A DNA stretch of 64,000 nucleotides, from positions 131,812,001 through 131,876,000 of the forward strand of contig OX597817.1 of the NCBI GenBank assembly GCA_951406725.2. Reading direction: 5' to 3'. This stretch comes from Octopus vulgaris (Eukaryota). This document shows, piece by piece, positions 13,263-24,924 of the stretch; position 1 is the first letter of the stretch, and each line of letters starts with the position of its first letter. The notes under the pieces were generated by a model, which ran no database searches, was not told the DNA's origin, and saw only the letters and a program-made list of their open reading frames with translations. Made by a program: the position numbers and the translations under genes.

Positions 13263-14307
13263 TATATGTGTGTACATGTGTGTGTGTGTATGTATATATA
13301 TATATATATATACATCATACATACATATTTCCATACACGCATACATACATACATACATGGTATGTTAGATATTTGTGTGTTAGACAGAGAGGCAGAGGGA
13401 GATGCCGTGCGTTAGTATCTCTACCATAGTATGTATTACTACCAGCAGTATCCATATTCTGATATGCATTAAGATATTAATCTCAATTGATAAGCCCGTA
13501 CAAATCTCTTTTAATGGTAATATCGCTTTCGGTTGACAATATTTAATGGGAAACTGCCAAAACCTATTGTATTTCAAACGACAGTCTTATAAATAGGGTC
13601 AAGAGACTTAAGTCTTAGGTCATAAAGGTGATCTGAAAAGCTTTTAAGTTTCCAAGTTGATAATACACCATTCAATATATCAAGAATGTCTATAAACAGT
13701 ATCTACTTCGGCATTCCTCTCTAGAGATACATTTTTTCGTCAGACTCCTTGAAAACAATAGGAAATATCTTTTATAAAGAAAATAACTTTATATAGACGC
13801 ATGCTGCAAATGATATCTCATATCATATCTATAATTGAAAGTTAAGTGTTAAATAAATGATTTTTCTCTTAACTTCTTACTTTTCATATTTCCCGGTATC
13901 ATAGCTAAACTACGTTGAAATCCAGGACTTAAGATGGTTTTCGAATAATTCGCATTTGTGATAACTTATGTTAATTGTATTCGTATGAAAAATGTATATT
14001 CCAGAAACGGAGGTATTTTCTTATATAACAAATGCGACTACGAAAAGCTACTTTTATACGTACACATAAAAATGAGTACGTACTTGAACGCACACATACA
14101 TACGCATTTATGTATATACGTACATATGTGTGTGTATGTGTGTGTGTGTGTATGTATGTATGTAATTTATTTGTGGGTTAAAATAGCTACCAATAGTTTC
14201 ATGTGAAACGATGTTCACAATTGTTCAGGCGTGCCACATGGAAGTATTGTTATTCATCTCCATTTCGAATGGTATGACAGCAGCACGTTTGAACAGTTGT
14301 ATAGATC

Positions 14308-14634
14308 TCTTGACATGAAAGTAATGGCAGCCTTGTTAATCTGCAAATAAAGAGTATTAATCCAGCAATGTAGCGTAGTAGAGTAGAGTGTAGAGTCCCC
14401 ATTCTCTTTCTTCGATATTTGCCTAGAGTAAGTTAGATAAAATTGTATTTAATTGTAAGAAAATTCTAATGTCTTGACATGAAAGTAATGGCAGCCTTGT
14501 TAATCTGCAAATAAAGAGTATTAATCCAGCAATGTAGCGTTGTAGAGTAGAATGTAGAGTCCCCATTCTCTTTCTTCGATATTTGCCTAGAGTAAGTGAG
14601 ATGAAATTGTATTTAATAATAAGAAAATTCTAAT
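14308..14634. repeat. Recent 164-bp tandem duplication
   Basis: TCTTGACATGAAAGTAATGGCAGCC..AAGAAAATTCTAAT at 14308 and again at 14472 with only a few substitutions. Confidence 0.95.
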
Positions 14635-15629
14635 ATCATGACAAATTGTTTTGTAACTTGAAAACATGTAAAGAATTTATACTATTATGTTTAATAAACA
14701 ATAAATCACCGACATGGCTGTATCATACTATATATTCTATACGTTTTGTGGAATAAAACATTAATGAGCTTTTTATGAGTACTACCAGATTACTTAAATC
14801 CATATATTGTGATTTAAATTTATACACACACGCACGCTCACGCACACACACCCACTCACGCACACTCACACATACACACATTCACAAACACACGTGTGCG
14901 CATGCATGTACGCACATGCGTATATATAAGTATCTATCCTTGCATTTGTTTATTCTTGTCGAATGCAGAACAGCTGTAAAGTCACCTTTACTAAATCAGG
15001 TGAAATCACCCCAATAAACGCCAAAAAAATGTGTCCACTGTGCGACAAGATAGGTCGATAGATAGACAGATAGCCAGGTAAATAATGATAGAGAAGGACA
15101 GATAGATGATGAATACGTGTGTCTGACAAATCCTCAGCAGCTACCGCTATATAACATACATGCGCTTGTTCACACAGCGCTCGAACTACGACTGTAGTTT
15201 ATGCAGAATCACAGAGTCTTTCTCTTTAGTTTCTCAATATGCTGCAATATCAATGGAGCAGAAAGATTTCATTGCCTTTCTAAAACCATCCAACCACGAC
15301 TCTTCATCTGATAAAGCAACGCAATTAACACTGCCATTACCAGTTCATTTATCGCTGAAATATTATAACACTTTATAATGTGATTTTGCTATGTCAACTA
15401 ATCAACGGTGTTAGGGGTGTATATTTTATGGGAATCGAGGGAATTATGGATCACCCCCTAAAACCTTTATAGAATTATAGATTTGAAATATGAATTAATC
15501 AATAGTTCTTTTGTCACTTTTGTCAACTTAGTGATGCAAGCTATTCTATATTACTGATAAATACTTTACACGTATCATAGAAATTACATTAGTCATCGTA
15601 AATGCCTGCATTGATAATTCTTTCTTTTT

Positions 15630-15635
15630 AATTAT

Positions 15636-15717
<82 letters not shown>

Positions 15718-15729
15718 TACTATCACCAT

Positions 15730-15764
<35 letters not shown>

Positions 15765-15787
15765 CCAGGTGCAGCAGCAGCAGCAGT
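15630..15787. repeat. Compound (TAT)n-(TAG)n-(CAG)n microsatellite
   Basis: Directly visible. Confidence 0.95.
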
Positions 15788-15889
15788 GTGTTCCATATGT
15801 GAAATCGTTGCATGCTTTCATACATTGATTAGATCGAAAGAGTTGACTTTCAGTTAGAATATTTCAAGGGTTATAGGGTTTTATTATAT

Positions 15890-16590
15890 TTTATTTTATT
15901 TTATTTTTGTATAGCTTTGTCTGAAACAAGGCCTGAAGCCATCGTAGCATAAGGGATTACAAAAGGAATGAAAGAAGTGGGTGGGGATACACTTTCAAAG
16001 ATGTCGATTGACAGAAAGCTTAAAGGACCTAATATTACAGACAAGACGAAAACAAGAAGACAGCAAATAGTCTGGATGCGCTTGAAGCGATTACAATTAG
16101 ATGGATGTGTATAAAATTTGGTAGTTCAGCAGAATGCATGCTCTCGCAGGAGAGGTCGCGCTTAGAAGAAACATACAGTGTATCTAAGTCGGTGGTTGTT
16201 GTGCATTATTGAGAGTCCTTGCCAGTCAGTAGATGGTATTATATTCTATGCTATTAAAGAAGATATAGGATATGTGATATACGGATATCAGGACTGTTGC
16301 TATGGTAACGGAGCTTCAGCATGCAGAGTAAAGCAGCTTGGCTCAAAGTTGACCCTCAACTCTGTCGCGCATGCTCCCTAAGTTCTTGCTCACTTCTGTT
16401 GCTTATGGGATTGCTTGGAAGTAAAGTGAGTCGAGTAGGATCGTGTCGAAAATTGGGTCTGCCACAAACCCAGGATCTACCTGATTGTATAGAGGAAGGC
16501 GAACACGTTTTGAAGCGGTCATAACTGTTGCTGAATATTGAGTCTGTGGCTATAAACTTCGAGACTAAGGCTGTATTCGCAGTCGAAAAC
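15890..16590 (-). mobile_element. Highly decayed CR1/Jockey-like LINE 3' portion
   Basis: Minus-strand peptides KFIATDS (degenerate YADD region) and CSAELPNFI, ending in a (TAAAA)n-like tail; many stops. Confidence 0.4.
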
Positions 16591-16599
16591 CCCAACTAA

Positions 16600-16810
16600 A
16601 TTACAAAACGTCGAAGAAATCCAAAAAATGCGACGAGGCAGCAGCTTGTAATCCCCAAAAAGGATTTCCAGGAATGCTTCCATCAACTGAAATGATGGTG
16701 AATAAAGTGCGTGGCTTCAGAGAGTGACTACTTCGAAAACGATTAAATGACGATTTAATAGGTGTTGTAGTTTTCTTTTTATAGCACCTGTCTCGATACA
16801 TTTTGAATCA
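16600..16810 (+). mobile_element. mariner transposase C-terminal fragment
   Basis: Frameshifted LQNVEEIQK..ATRQQLVIPKKDFQECFHQLK..NKCVASESDYFEND* matches the mariner C-terminal W.KCV...GDYFE motif. Confidence 0.75.
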
Positions 16811-16919
16811 AAAATTAAGAATTTTCCAAAGTTTGTAATTCTGCCACGTTAGATGTCAACGGCAAGATATTTGTCTTAGTAGCTCGATCAGTCTCTTATA
16901 TGCAAATGTAGGCTACTTC

Positions 16920-17260
16920 CAAGCAGCAACTGGTTATGTCAAAGAGAAACATAGAAAGATCCACGCAAAGAATATCACAGCGAGAGCATATCCCAAACAA
17001 CGAAATTTGAGAACAAACTGGAGCGAACGATGTGATAGCAGAATACTGAAAGCAGAAATTCTGCTACATCAGACACGTTACTATGTTTACAGATAACAGA
17101 TGGAGCCGTGCAGTCATTGAGTGGTGCTCAAGAGATTGAAAAAAGAAAGACTCCTCGGAAAACTTGGAAGACAGTGGGTAGACAACAAAGTCACACAATC
17201 CAGGTGTAAATGGAAGAGGAGATCGCAGTCAAAGAAATCTGGTAAAGAATTGTTACCAGC
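16920..17260 (+). mobile_element. RTE-clade LINE ORF2 C-terminal fragment
   Basis: KRNIERSTQRISQREHIPNNEI*EQTGANDVI..KQKFCYIRHVTMFTDNRWSRAVIEWCSRD..LGKLGRQWVD matches the RTE MER..G....D.I.NEEIR..T....WAGHVAR..D.RW....EW.PR...GRP..RW.D pattern. Confidence 0.85.
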
Positions 17261-17442
17261 TACGTACTGGATTGCTCATGTTCAGTCCATAGCAAGAACC
17301 TTTGCATGTTCTCTACATCAAACATAGTCTGATGTGGAGGCCATGAATTTGAGATTGAGATTATACTGGTTTGATGAGTCTCCTGTGCCACACTGGCTGA
17401 GCATGGCTTTGGCACAAGTCTACACTTTTTATACTCTTAGTC

Positions 17443-17608
17443 GTTAGTCTATTACATCGAGCCCAGTCAACTGGTACTTGTTTTGTTGACCCCGAAAGAA
17501 TGAAATTAAAAGTAGACCACAACAGAATTTGAATTTAGGCCGTAAGGTCAGAAGTAATACCACTAAGAATTTCGCCCGGTGTTCTAACGATTCTGCCAGC
17601 TCACGGCC
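17443..17608 (-). mobile_element. SINE family A, degenerate
   Basis: Minus strand GGCCGTGAGCTGGCAGAATCGTTAGAACACCGGGCGAAAT..TTCAAATTCTG..TTTCGGGGTCAAC..AAGTACCAG. Confidence 0.85.
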
Positions 17609-19040
17609 TTGCGGAACTTCTACATGTTGAGGTTTCTTCGAACCCGCAAGAAAGTAATTCACTGCATTTTGTCAGGGAGAAAATATCTTGCTGTAGACAA
17701 ATAGGTGTAAATACATCGAGTCAGTCACTGAGCTAATACCCTGATCGATATAAAGATAAACAGAGATAAATGGAGATAAATAAAGATAAAGAGATTATTG
17801 TTCGATAACCACGCTTCGTATTCTCGTTTCTACTCAACGACATCTGAACAAGTGAATTATAATTCCGTATCCACTTACACACTGTCAAATTTATGATGAA
17901 ACGAGAAAGTGCAACAGCTATTAAGAGCTCCTTCAGTTACCAAAACTTATAGTATTTCGTTTAATAAACAAGAGTCCAAAGAGGTCGGTTGATAGTACTT
18001 CATCTTGATGTTATTGCCGAATTCAACGAGAAAATAATCGCCTCCTTTACGATTTGTCAGTAATGTTGAATCAGTAATGTGTGAGTGACTCAGCTATCCG
18101 ACTGAATACTAACACGCTAGAGTACCCATTGCTACAGATTAAGAAAGGAAAGATAACGATGTGTTATTAGTGAAGTAACAGACATTCTGTGTATTTTACC
18201 GAGAATGGAAGCATGGTCATGGACAGAGCAGGAAGCTAATTCCACGCTACAGCGCTCCCAACATTTCAAAACTTACGCTGACCATTTTCCTTATCTAATC
18301 TTTGATTTCTAGTCCACCACTCATCATTGATAATATTGATACGAATGTTGCATGACTCCATTCATGTCAGAACTTGCTGAGAGTATTGTAGTCGTAACAA
18401 AAATCACAAGACTCTTTACGCTAGAGTTCACCGGAGAGAAAAAGAGAAAGAAAGAAAGAGAGTGAGAGAGAGAAACTAAGAGAGAGAGAGAGAGAGAGAG
18501 AGAGAAGGAGAGAAAGAGAGAGCTCCACACCAAATAGTTAACTGTTTCAATAAATTTCCGACATTCTAATTTTATTTTATCTTTTATTTGCTCTTTGCAT
18601 TCTGTTACCGTTTTTGCTATTTTTAATCTTTTAAACAAACTTTCTTTCTCATTCACCCTCTGTCTGTCTACCTGTCTGTCCGTTAGTCTCTGTCTCTGTC
18701 TCTCTCTCTCTCTCCTTTCTTTTTTCTCTGTTTTCTCTATTTCAATGTCTCATAATTTTTTTTTTTCTGTCTGTCTTGAATGGTATTTCTGAAACAAATG
18801 GGGAGCTAAATCAGTTTTCTTTTAAAACATTTCCAGAAACTTCGAAGAAACAACATTAGCTTTTCAGTGGCAACGTTTTAGTGAAACTGCAGACGATATT
18901 TCATTGTATCTTGTTTTCCTTATTCCATTTATTTTTGGCAACAGACGTTACAAATTTTGGTGCAGCAAATTAAAACGATCACACACACTCATGCGCATAA
19001 AAGCATATGTGTGTGTACATATATATGTGTGAGTGTGTGA

Positions 19041-19352
19041 AGGCGCGTGGCTTAGTGGCTAGGGCATTCGGCTTCGGACCGTAAAGTCGTGATTTCAATT
19101 CCTGGCGACGCGTTGTGTCCTTGAGCGAGACAGTTTATTTCACATTGCTCTCGTCTACTCAGTTATCAAAAATGAGCAGTACCTGTATTTCAAAGGGTCA
19201 GCCTTGTCACACTTTGTATCATGCTAAATCTCCCTGAGAACTACGTTAAGGATACACGTGTCTGTGGAGTGCTCAGCCACTTGCATGGTAATTTCACGAG
19301 CAAGCTGTTCCGTTGATCGGATCAGCTGGGACACTCGTCGTCGTAACCGAGA
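19041..19352 (+). mobile_element. SINE family C (tRNA-derived), full length
   Basis: GGCGCGTGGCTTAGTGG (A box)..TTTCAATTCC (B box)..GTTGTGTCCTTGAGCGAGACA..CAGCCTTGTCACAC..GCTCAGCCACTTGCA..CGTCGTCGTAACCGA; other copies at 35275-35630 and 55282-56010. Confidence 0.9.
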
Positions 19353-19378
19353 CAGAGAGCTCCTTTAAATATGTATGT

Positions 19379-19451
<73 letters not shown>

Positions 19452-19455
19452 TGAA

Positions 19456-19677
19456 GGCGGCGAGCTGGCAGAAACGTTAGCGCGCCAGGCGAAATGCGTA
19501 GCCGTATTTCGCCTGTCGTCACGTTCTGAGTTCAAATTCCGCCGAGGTCGACTTTGCCTTTCATCCTTTCGATAAATAAAGCATCAGTTTCGCAGTGGGG
19601 TCAATGTAATCTACTTAATCCCTTTGTTTGTCCTTGTTTGTCCCCTCTGTGTTTAGCCCCTTGTTGGTAGTAAAGAT
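19456..19677 (+). mobile_element. SINE family A, near full length
   Basis: GGCGGCGAGCTGGCAGAAACGTTAGCGCGCCAGGCGAAATG..GAGTTCAAATTCCGCCGAGGTCGACTTTGCCTTTCATCC..TTTAGCCCCTTGTTGGTAGTAAAG. Confidence 0.9.
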
Positions 19678-19690
19678 ATATATATATATA

Positions 19691-19875
19691 CATGTGATCT
19701 CTTGAGCACCACCAGCAAAAGTAGTTTTTTCCTCTGTCTTCCCTTCTCGGGATCTTTCCTTCTCCTTGTTTCCGACGAAGAGCTCCGCTCGAAACGTTAA
19801 ACCCTCCTTCCCTTCTTTAATTGTTCCACGTCCTCGCGTTGCTGAGTTTTTTTCTGTGTTTTCTTGTTTGGATTA

Positions 19876-19880
<5 letters not shown>
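19691..19880 (+). mobile_element. Short (TA)n-embedded element, family H1 (putative Penelope pLTR or retrozyme-like)
   Basis: Flanked by (TA)n on both sides; homologous copy in opposite orientation at 24925-25150; contains a hammerhead-like motif. Confidence 0.7.
19768..19802 (+). ncRNA. Minimal type-I hammerhead ribozyme-like motif (U4C core variant)
   Basis: GTTT-CCGACGA-A-GAG-ctccg-CTC-GAAA-CGT-T-AAAC: stem I GTTT/AAAC, stem II GAG/CTC, palindromic ACGT stem III; predicted cut after 19798. Confidence 0.65.
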
Positions 19881-19925
<45 letters not shown>

Positions 19926-20290
19926 GTCTGTGTGTGCGTGTGTGTACCGTCCAGTGATGTGTGTATGAAAGCGCAAGAGTTCATGGTGAAGGAGATGGTC
20001 TCAAATAAGAAGGTTCTGCGTTCGGTTACTGTATCCTGGAGTGCGTTCTTTTCTTGAGCCAGATGTTTTATTTTGTTTTTGCTGTAATTCGGTTTTCCAG
20101 ATTGAAATAGGTTTCAGCCGAGTGTTGTTGCTGTCCCCTGTCCACCTCCTACCGTCTGGCACATCGTAGGTAGAGGGTTGTGGACAAAAAGAAAGATGTC
20201 TATGTTATTTCCCGACGACATAAGAATGTACTTCTCAATATAGTGCATATTAGCAAGTAAAAGTCACTTGAAGGTGACGGCTGTACTTTG

Positions 20291-20348
<58 letters not shown>

Positions 20349-21302
20349 ACACACACACAGACACATACACACACGGACACAAACACACACACTGCATTAG
20401 CTTGGATATATGCTATTTGATGTAAACAATATTGACAGACATCAAACAAAGAGACAGTTTAATAAGAAATTCCATTTTACTCAAGCTACAGTTTACAAAA
20501 TGTTTTCTCTTCTTTGCTTGACAAATTATTTAAAGCTATTTTTTCTTAATGTTAAGTCAGAAAAATGAAAACAAAACATTATTTAAAACTTTCATTGTTG
20601 AAAGCCAGGAATTAATGTGAAAACAATGAACAATAACTTCGGGAAAAATCTAGTAATTATGACATTAAATGTGATAAGATATACATATAAGATCAAATGA
20701 CTGAGGACAATATTTGTCTAAGCTGGCAGAATCGTAAGTAACGCGAGGTCAAATGCTCAGCGACATTTCGTTTGTCCTAACGATCTGAGTTCAAATCACC
20801 CCGAAATCGACTTTGCCCTTTATCGTTTTGCAGTCGATGAAACAAGTACCAGCTGACCATTGAGGTAACTGACTTACTAGATTTGTACTTAAATTTGAAG
20901 TAAATATTTATCTGAATTGAACGAGAAGTGATTGTGAGAAGTATTGGTAATTCATAGACTATTAAATAAAATTATACATACATACATACATACATACATA
21001 CATACATACATACATACATGCATACATACATACATACATATGCACACAAACATAACTACTTATGCACGCACATAAATATGCATGGATACCATCGATACAT
21101 ATACATACAGAGCCAGGCACAGAAATATTATTTGACACAATAGTTACCCTGCATTTATTGGCAATCATAATAGGAGCCACTCTTTCTATCTTCACTCACT
21201 CTCACCCCCCTCTCTCCCTGTGCCTCTCTATATAGTTCCCATTCTACAAAGAAATGTTTCACTTCGCAACACTCACACATCGGTTTTATTACCGGAAGTG
21301 AA

Positions 21303-21633
21303 GGCGCATGGCTCAGTGGTTAGAGCGTCGAGCTTACAACCGTGAATTTGTGAGTTCGAATCCCGGACCGGGCTGCGTGTTGTGTTCTTGAGCAAGTCAC
21401 TTTATTTCACGTTGCTCCAGTTCACTCAGCTGTAGAAATGAGTTGCGACGTCACTGGTGCCAAGCTGTATCGGCCTTTGCCTTTCCCTTGGTTAACACTG
21501 TTGGCATGGAGAGGGGAGGCTAGTATGCATGGGCGATGGCTGGCCTTCCATAAAACAACTTTGCCCGGACTTGTGCCTGGGAGGGTTACTTTCTAGGTGC
21601 AATCCCATGTTCATTCGTGACCGAAGGGGGTCT
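21303..21633 (+). mobile_element. tRNA-derived SINE with intact Pol III boxes and an RTE-like tail
   Basis: TGGCTCAGTGG A box, GTTCGAATCC B box, shared GTTGTGTTCTTGAGCAAGTCACTTTATTTCACGTTGCTCCAG domain, 3' CCCATGTTCATTCGTGACCGAAGGGGGTCT. Confidence 0.85.
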
Positions 21634-21753
21634 CCGAATGTACCGGGAATTTCTGCACCAGTATACTTCCCAATTTTACCTCCAGAGAGAGTTAGCTAGA
21701 AGTTAAGGCTAAGTGCTCCATTGGTAACACATCGATAACCAACCCTATCCAGG

Positions 21754-21809
<56 letters not shown>

Positions 21810-21867
21810 CCTACCTACCTATCTCTCTATTTCTCTCTCTTTATCTATCTATCAATCTATCTATCTG

Positions 21868-21966
<99 letters not shown>

Positions 21967-22050
21967 CTCTTTCAATCTCTCTCTCTATCTCTCTATCTGT
22001 CTTTCTACCTACCTACCTACCTAACTCTCTCTCTCTCTCTCTCTGTCTAT
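21754..22050. repeat. (CTAT)n/(CT)n compound microsatellite
   Basis: Directly visible; similar tracts at 10416-10505 and 45738-45960. Confidence 0.95.
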
Positions 22051-22476
22051 CAAAACACGCCCATGTTTACAAGAATACAAACACAACTACATGTATTAAT
22101 TGATACACGCATCTATGTACGCAAACGCACTCTCACACGTACACGCATACGCACATACACATATCTCTGGGATTCATCCATTCGCTGACAGCCATGGTTA
22201 CATATATAAATGCATATACTATAAACGCTCTACTTCATACCTATAGAATGAGACAAGTAGCAACAAGTATGGCGAAACCATCACAAGTTTCCCGACAAAG
22301 GAAGGCCGTTATTTTATTGAACCACAATATCAATAACTCCTTCTATTGAATTCAGATCTTACAAATGCATCACCCCCACACACATATTCAACAAAGAGTC
22401 CATTTACTCAGTGTCATGCGGAATAAATTAAACTCAAAGATTTCCTCTTGAGAATGCTTAGTTATTTTATAAAAAA

Positions 22477-22859
22477 CTAGCAGTATCGCCCGGCGTTGCT
22501 CAGGTTTGTAAGGGAAATAACTATAAAGCATTTTTAGAGAGTTATAGCCAAAAAATAGCCAAAAAATGGAAAAAAATTATGGTAAATTTTTTTTGAGAGT
22601 TAAAAAAGGTGGAGTTGCGTCCCTAGACAGTTTGCCGTTTGTGTTTCTGATTCTCGACCCCATGTCAAATTTATCGATCTTTTTCAGAACTGGGGGAACT
22701 TTACAAAATTTTCGCTGCGTTAGTTTTGAATTATGACATTGGGCTATGTGTGTGTCAAGTTTCATCAGAATCGGTTGAAAGCCGTGGTCAGGGTGAGGGT
22801 ACAAGCAAACAGACACACAGAAACACGCACAGACAAACTGCCGTTTATATAGAGAGAGA
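22477..22859 (-). mobile_element. Non-autonomous Helitron, intact termini
   Basis: Minus strand A|TCTCTCTCTATATAAACGGCAG...CCTGAGCAACGCCGGGCGATACTGCTAG|T: 5' TC, 3' GC-rich hairpin plus CTAG, AT target site. Confidence 0.85.
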
Positions 22860-23296
22860 TGAATCCTGCGTAAAATACAACGTTATGCATCAAGCAAAAC
22901 TTATTATGATATGGAGAATCATATTGTCGAAAATATAAACCCTTTACTAAAGGGTAACCTTAACCCGAACCCTAACCCGAAAGGTAAGGATTGTAAGAAA
23001 TTTTAACATGTAACAGGAAACTGTTGCTAAGTGGAATAATCGGCTGGTTGTTCCTTCGATGAGAACAATCAAATATTCTTTAAATCTTGAAGTTTGGTGG
23101 TACAATAAAAATAAATGAAGAAAACCCTCAGAAAACGAAAAGAAAGTAGTTTCGAAAATTGTTGATGTGTCTGAGAATGCGAAAATTGAGGATCCCTGTG
23201 CAAAAAAGGCATTGCATTTTTCACTAATTTTTCACACATTAAACAAAAACAAAGCAGAAATATTGTACTCGTTACGTTCTCTATAAGTGATATTAA

Positions 23297-23493
23297 AAAT
23301 GCTCAGCGGTATTTCGGCTGCCGTTACGGTCTGAGTTCAAATACCGCCGAGGTCGACTTTGCCTTCATCTTTTCGGGGGTCGACTAAATAAGTACCAGTT
23401 ACGTACTGGGGTTGATGAAATCGACGTAATCCCTTTGCCTGTCTTTGTTTGTCCCCTCTATGTTTAGCCCTGTGTGGGCAATAAAAAAATAAA
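23297..23493 (+). mobile_element. SINE family A, 5'-truncated
   Basis: AAATGCTCAGCGGTATTTCG..GAGTTCAAATACCGCCGAGGTCGACTTTGCC..AAGTACCAGTTACG..GGGCAATAAAA. Confidence 0.9.
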
Positions 23494-23859
23494 TATTACT
23501 CCCCCCCAAAAAAAAAACAGCATAAAGTAAAAGCAACGCCAGCAATTGTTTCATTCATTTTCCCAGAATGCAAAGGCATCGGATTCTCGTCTGAGTATGT
23601 GGCTGGCTTGAAAAGGCCTCAAAAGGCCAAAGTGCATCTCACGCTCTAGGTGACCCCTGTTGGTACGAACTTTTGTCTCTCTCTCTATGATATTTATCAT
23701 GTTTACAACACAGCAAGTTCATAATATATACAGCAGAAAAATTATAACAATAATTATACAAACACCACAAATGCTACAGAAAGGGCTTTGCAGCTATCAA
23801 GCAGAGTCAAATGGAGTAAGTTCTAATGGACGTAGCAGGGGCCCAGACCCGCACACCTG

Positions 23860-24023
23860 TCTGAGGCTTCTTTCAGTTTCGGTCTACTAAACCCACTAAC
23901 AGGGCTTTGGTCGGCCCGAAGTTATAGTAGAAGACGCTTGCCCAAGGTGCCATGCAGCGGGACTGAAGCCAGAACCATGTGGTTGGAAAGCAAGCTTCAT
24001 ACCACGCAGCCACTCCTGCGCCT
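23860..24023 (-). mobile_element. SINE family B, head only
   Basis: Minus strand GGCGCAGGAGTGGCTGCGTGGTATGAAGCTTGC..CATGGTTCTGG..TTGGGCAAGCGTCTTCTACTATA..GAAACTGAAAGAAGCC. Confidence 0.85.
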
Positions 24024-24080
24024 GTATATTTACATTCCAGTAACTTAGTTGTTCGGTTAAAGAGACTGATTAAAGAGAAC

Positions 24081-24562
24081 TTTGACGAAAGTTTTTTAAT
24101 GGATTTGAAGGCACCTGAAAGAAGCCTGTCAAACATAAGTACCTATATAATTGTGTTTATGCGTGTGTGTGTGTGTGTATGTGTGTGTGTGTGTGTTTGT
24201 GTGTGTGTGTGCGCGTGTGTGTGTGTGTGTGTGTGTATGTGTGTGTGTGTGTGTGTGTTTGCGTGCGAGCGCGTGTGTCTTTGCGTTTGTGTTCGTCTCC
24301 TTACCGCTTGACATTTGTTAGCATTGTTTTACTTTTTCACTTGTTTCAGTCATTTTGACTGATAGAATAAGTACTAGGCTTACAAACATTAAGTCTTAGG
24401 GGCGATTTGTTTGACTAAAGGCAGGGGTCCAGCGCGGCAGCAGTCAAAATGACTGAAACTAGTGAAAAAGTTAAACAATACTAACAAATGTCAAGCGGTA
24501 AGGAGAGGAACACAAACGCAAAGACACACGCGTTCGCACGTAAACACGCACACACACACACA

Positions 24563-24609
<47 letters not shown>

Positions 24610-24693
24610 GCACATAAACACAATTATATACGTACTTATATATGACAGGCATCTTTCGGGTGCCTTCAAATCCATTAAAAACCTATCGTCAAA
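24081..24693. repeat. Long inverted duplication built from a family-B SINE (arms ~24081-24361 and ~24441-24693)
   Basis: ORFs 23979+ and 24481- translate almost identically ([21 protein letters not shown] vs [21 protein letters not shown]); arm ends TTTGACGA and TCGTCAAA. Confidence 0.9.
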
Positions 24694-24924
24694 CTGGGGC
24701 TAGAGCGAAAGAAACTAACCCAAGGTTGCGCAAAATGGGAGCCTTCGGTAAACGTCTTCTAGTGTACCCATGTGACCTGGAAGCAACTAACTAACTAACT
24801 AACTTACCACAGTAATATCTGCGACTATATGTATGTATGCATGCATGCCTGCCTGACTGTATGTATGTGAGTGCATGTGTGTGAAAGTATGTTTATATAT
24901 ATATATGTATAAATATATATATAT

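Noticed and set aside
19375-19575. Recurrent peptide GELAETLARRAKC..RSEFKFRRGRLCLSSFRG in several ORFs (also 31585, 32684, 54673)
   Set aside because: Conceptual translation of SINE family A, not a protein family.
21303-21375. Possible genuine tRNA gene
   Set aside because: A and B boxes are present, but there is no convincing acceptor stem or terminator and it runs directly into a SINE body.
22955-22980. TAACCT/TAACCC/GAACCC telomere-like hexamers
   Set aside because: Only about four degenerate units; too short to call an interstitial telomere.
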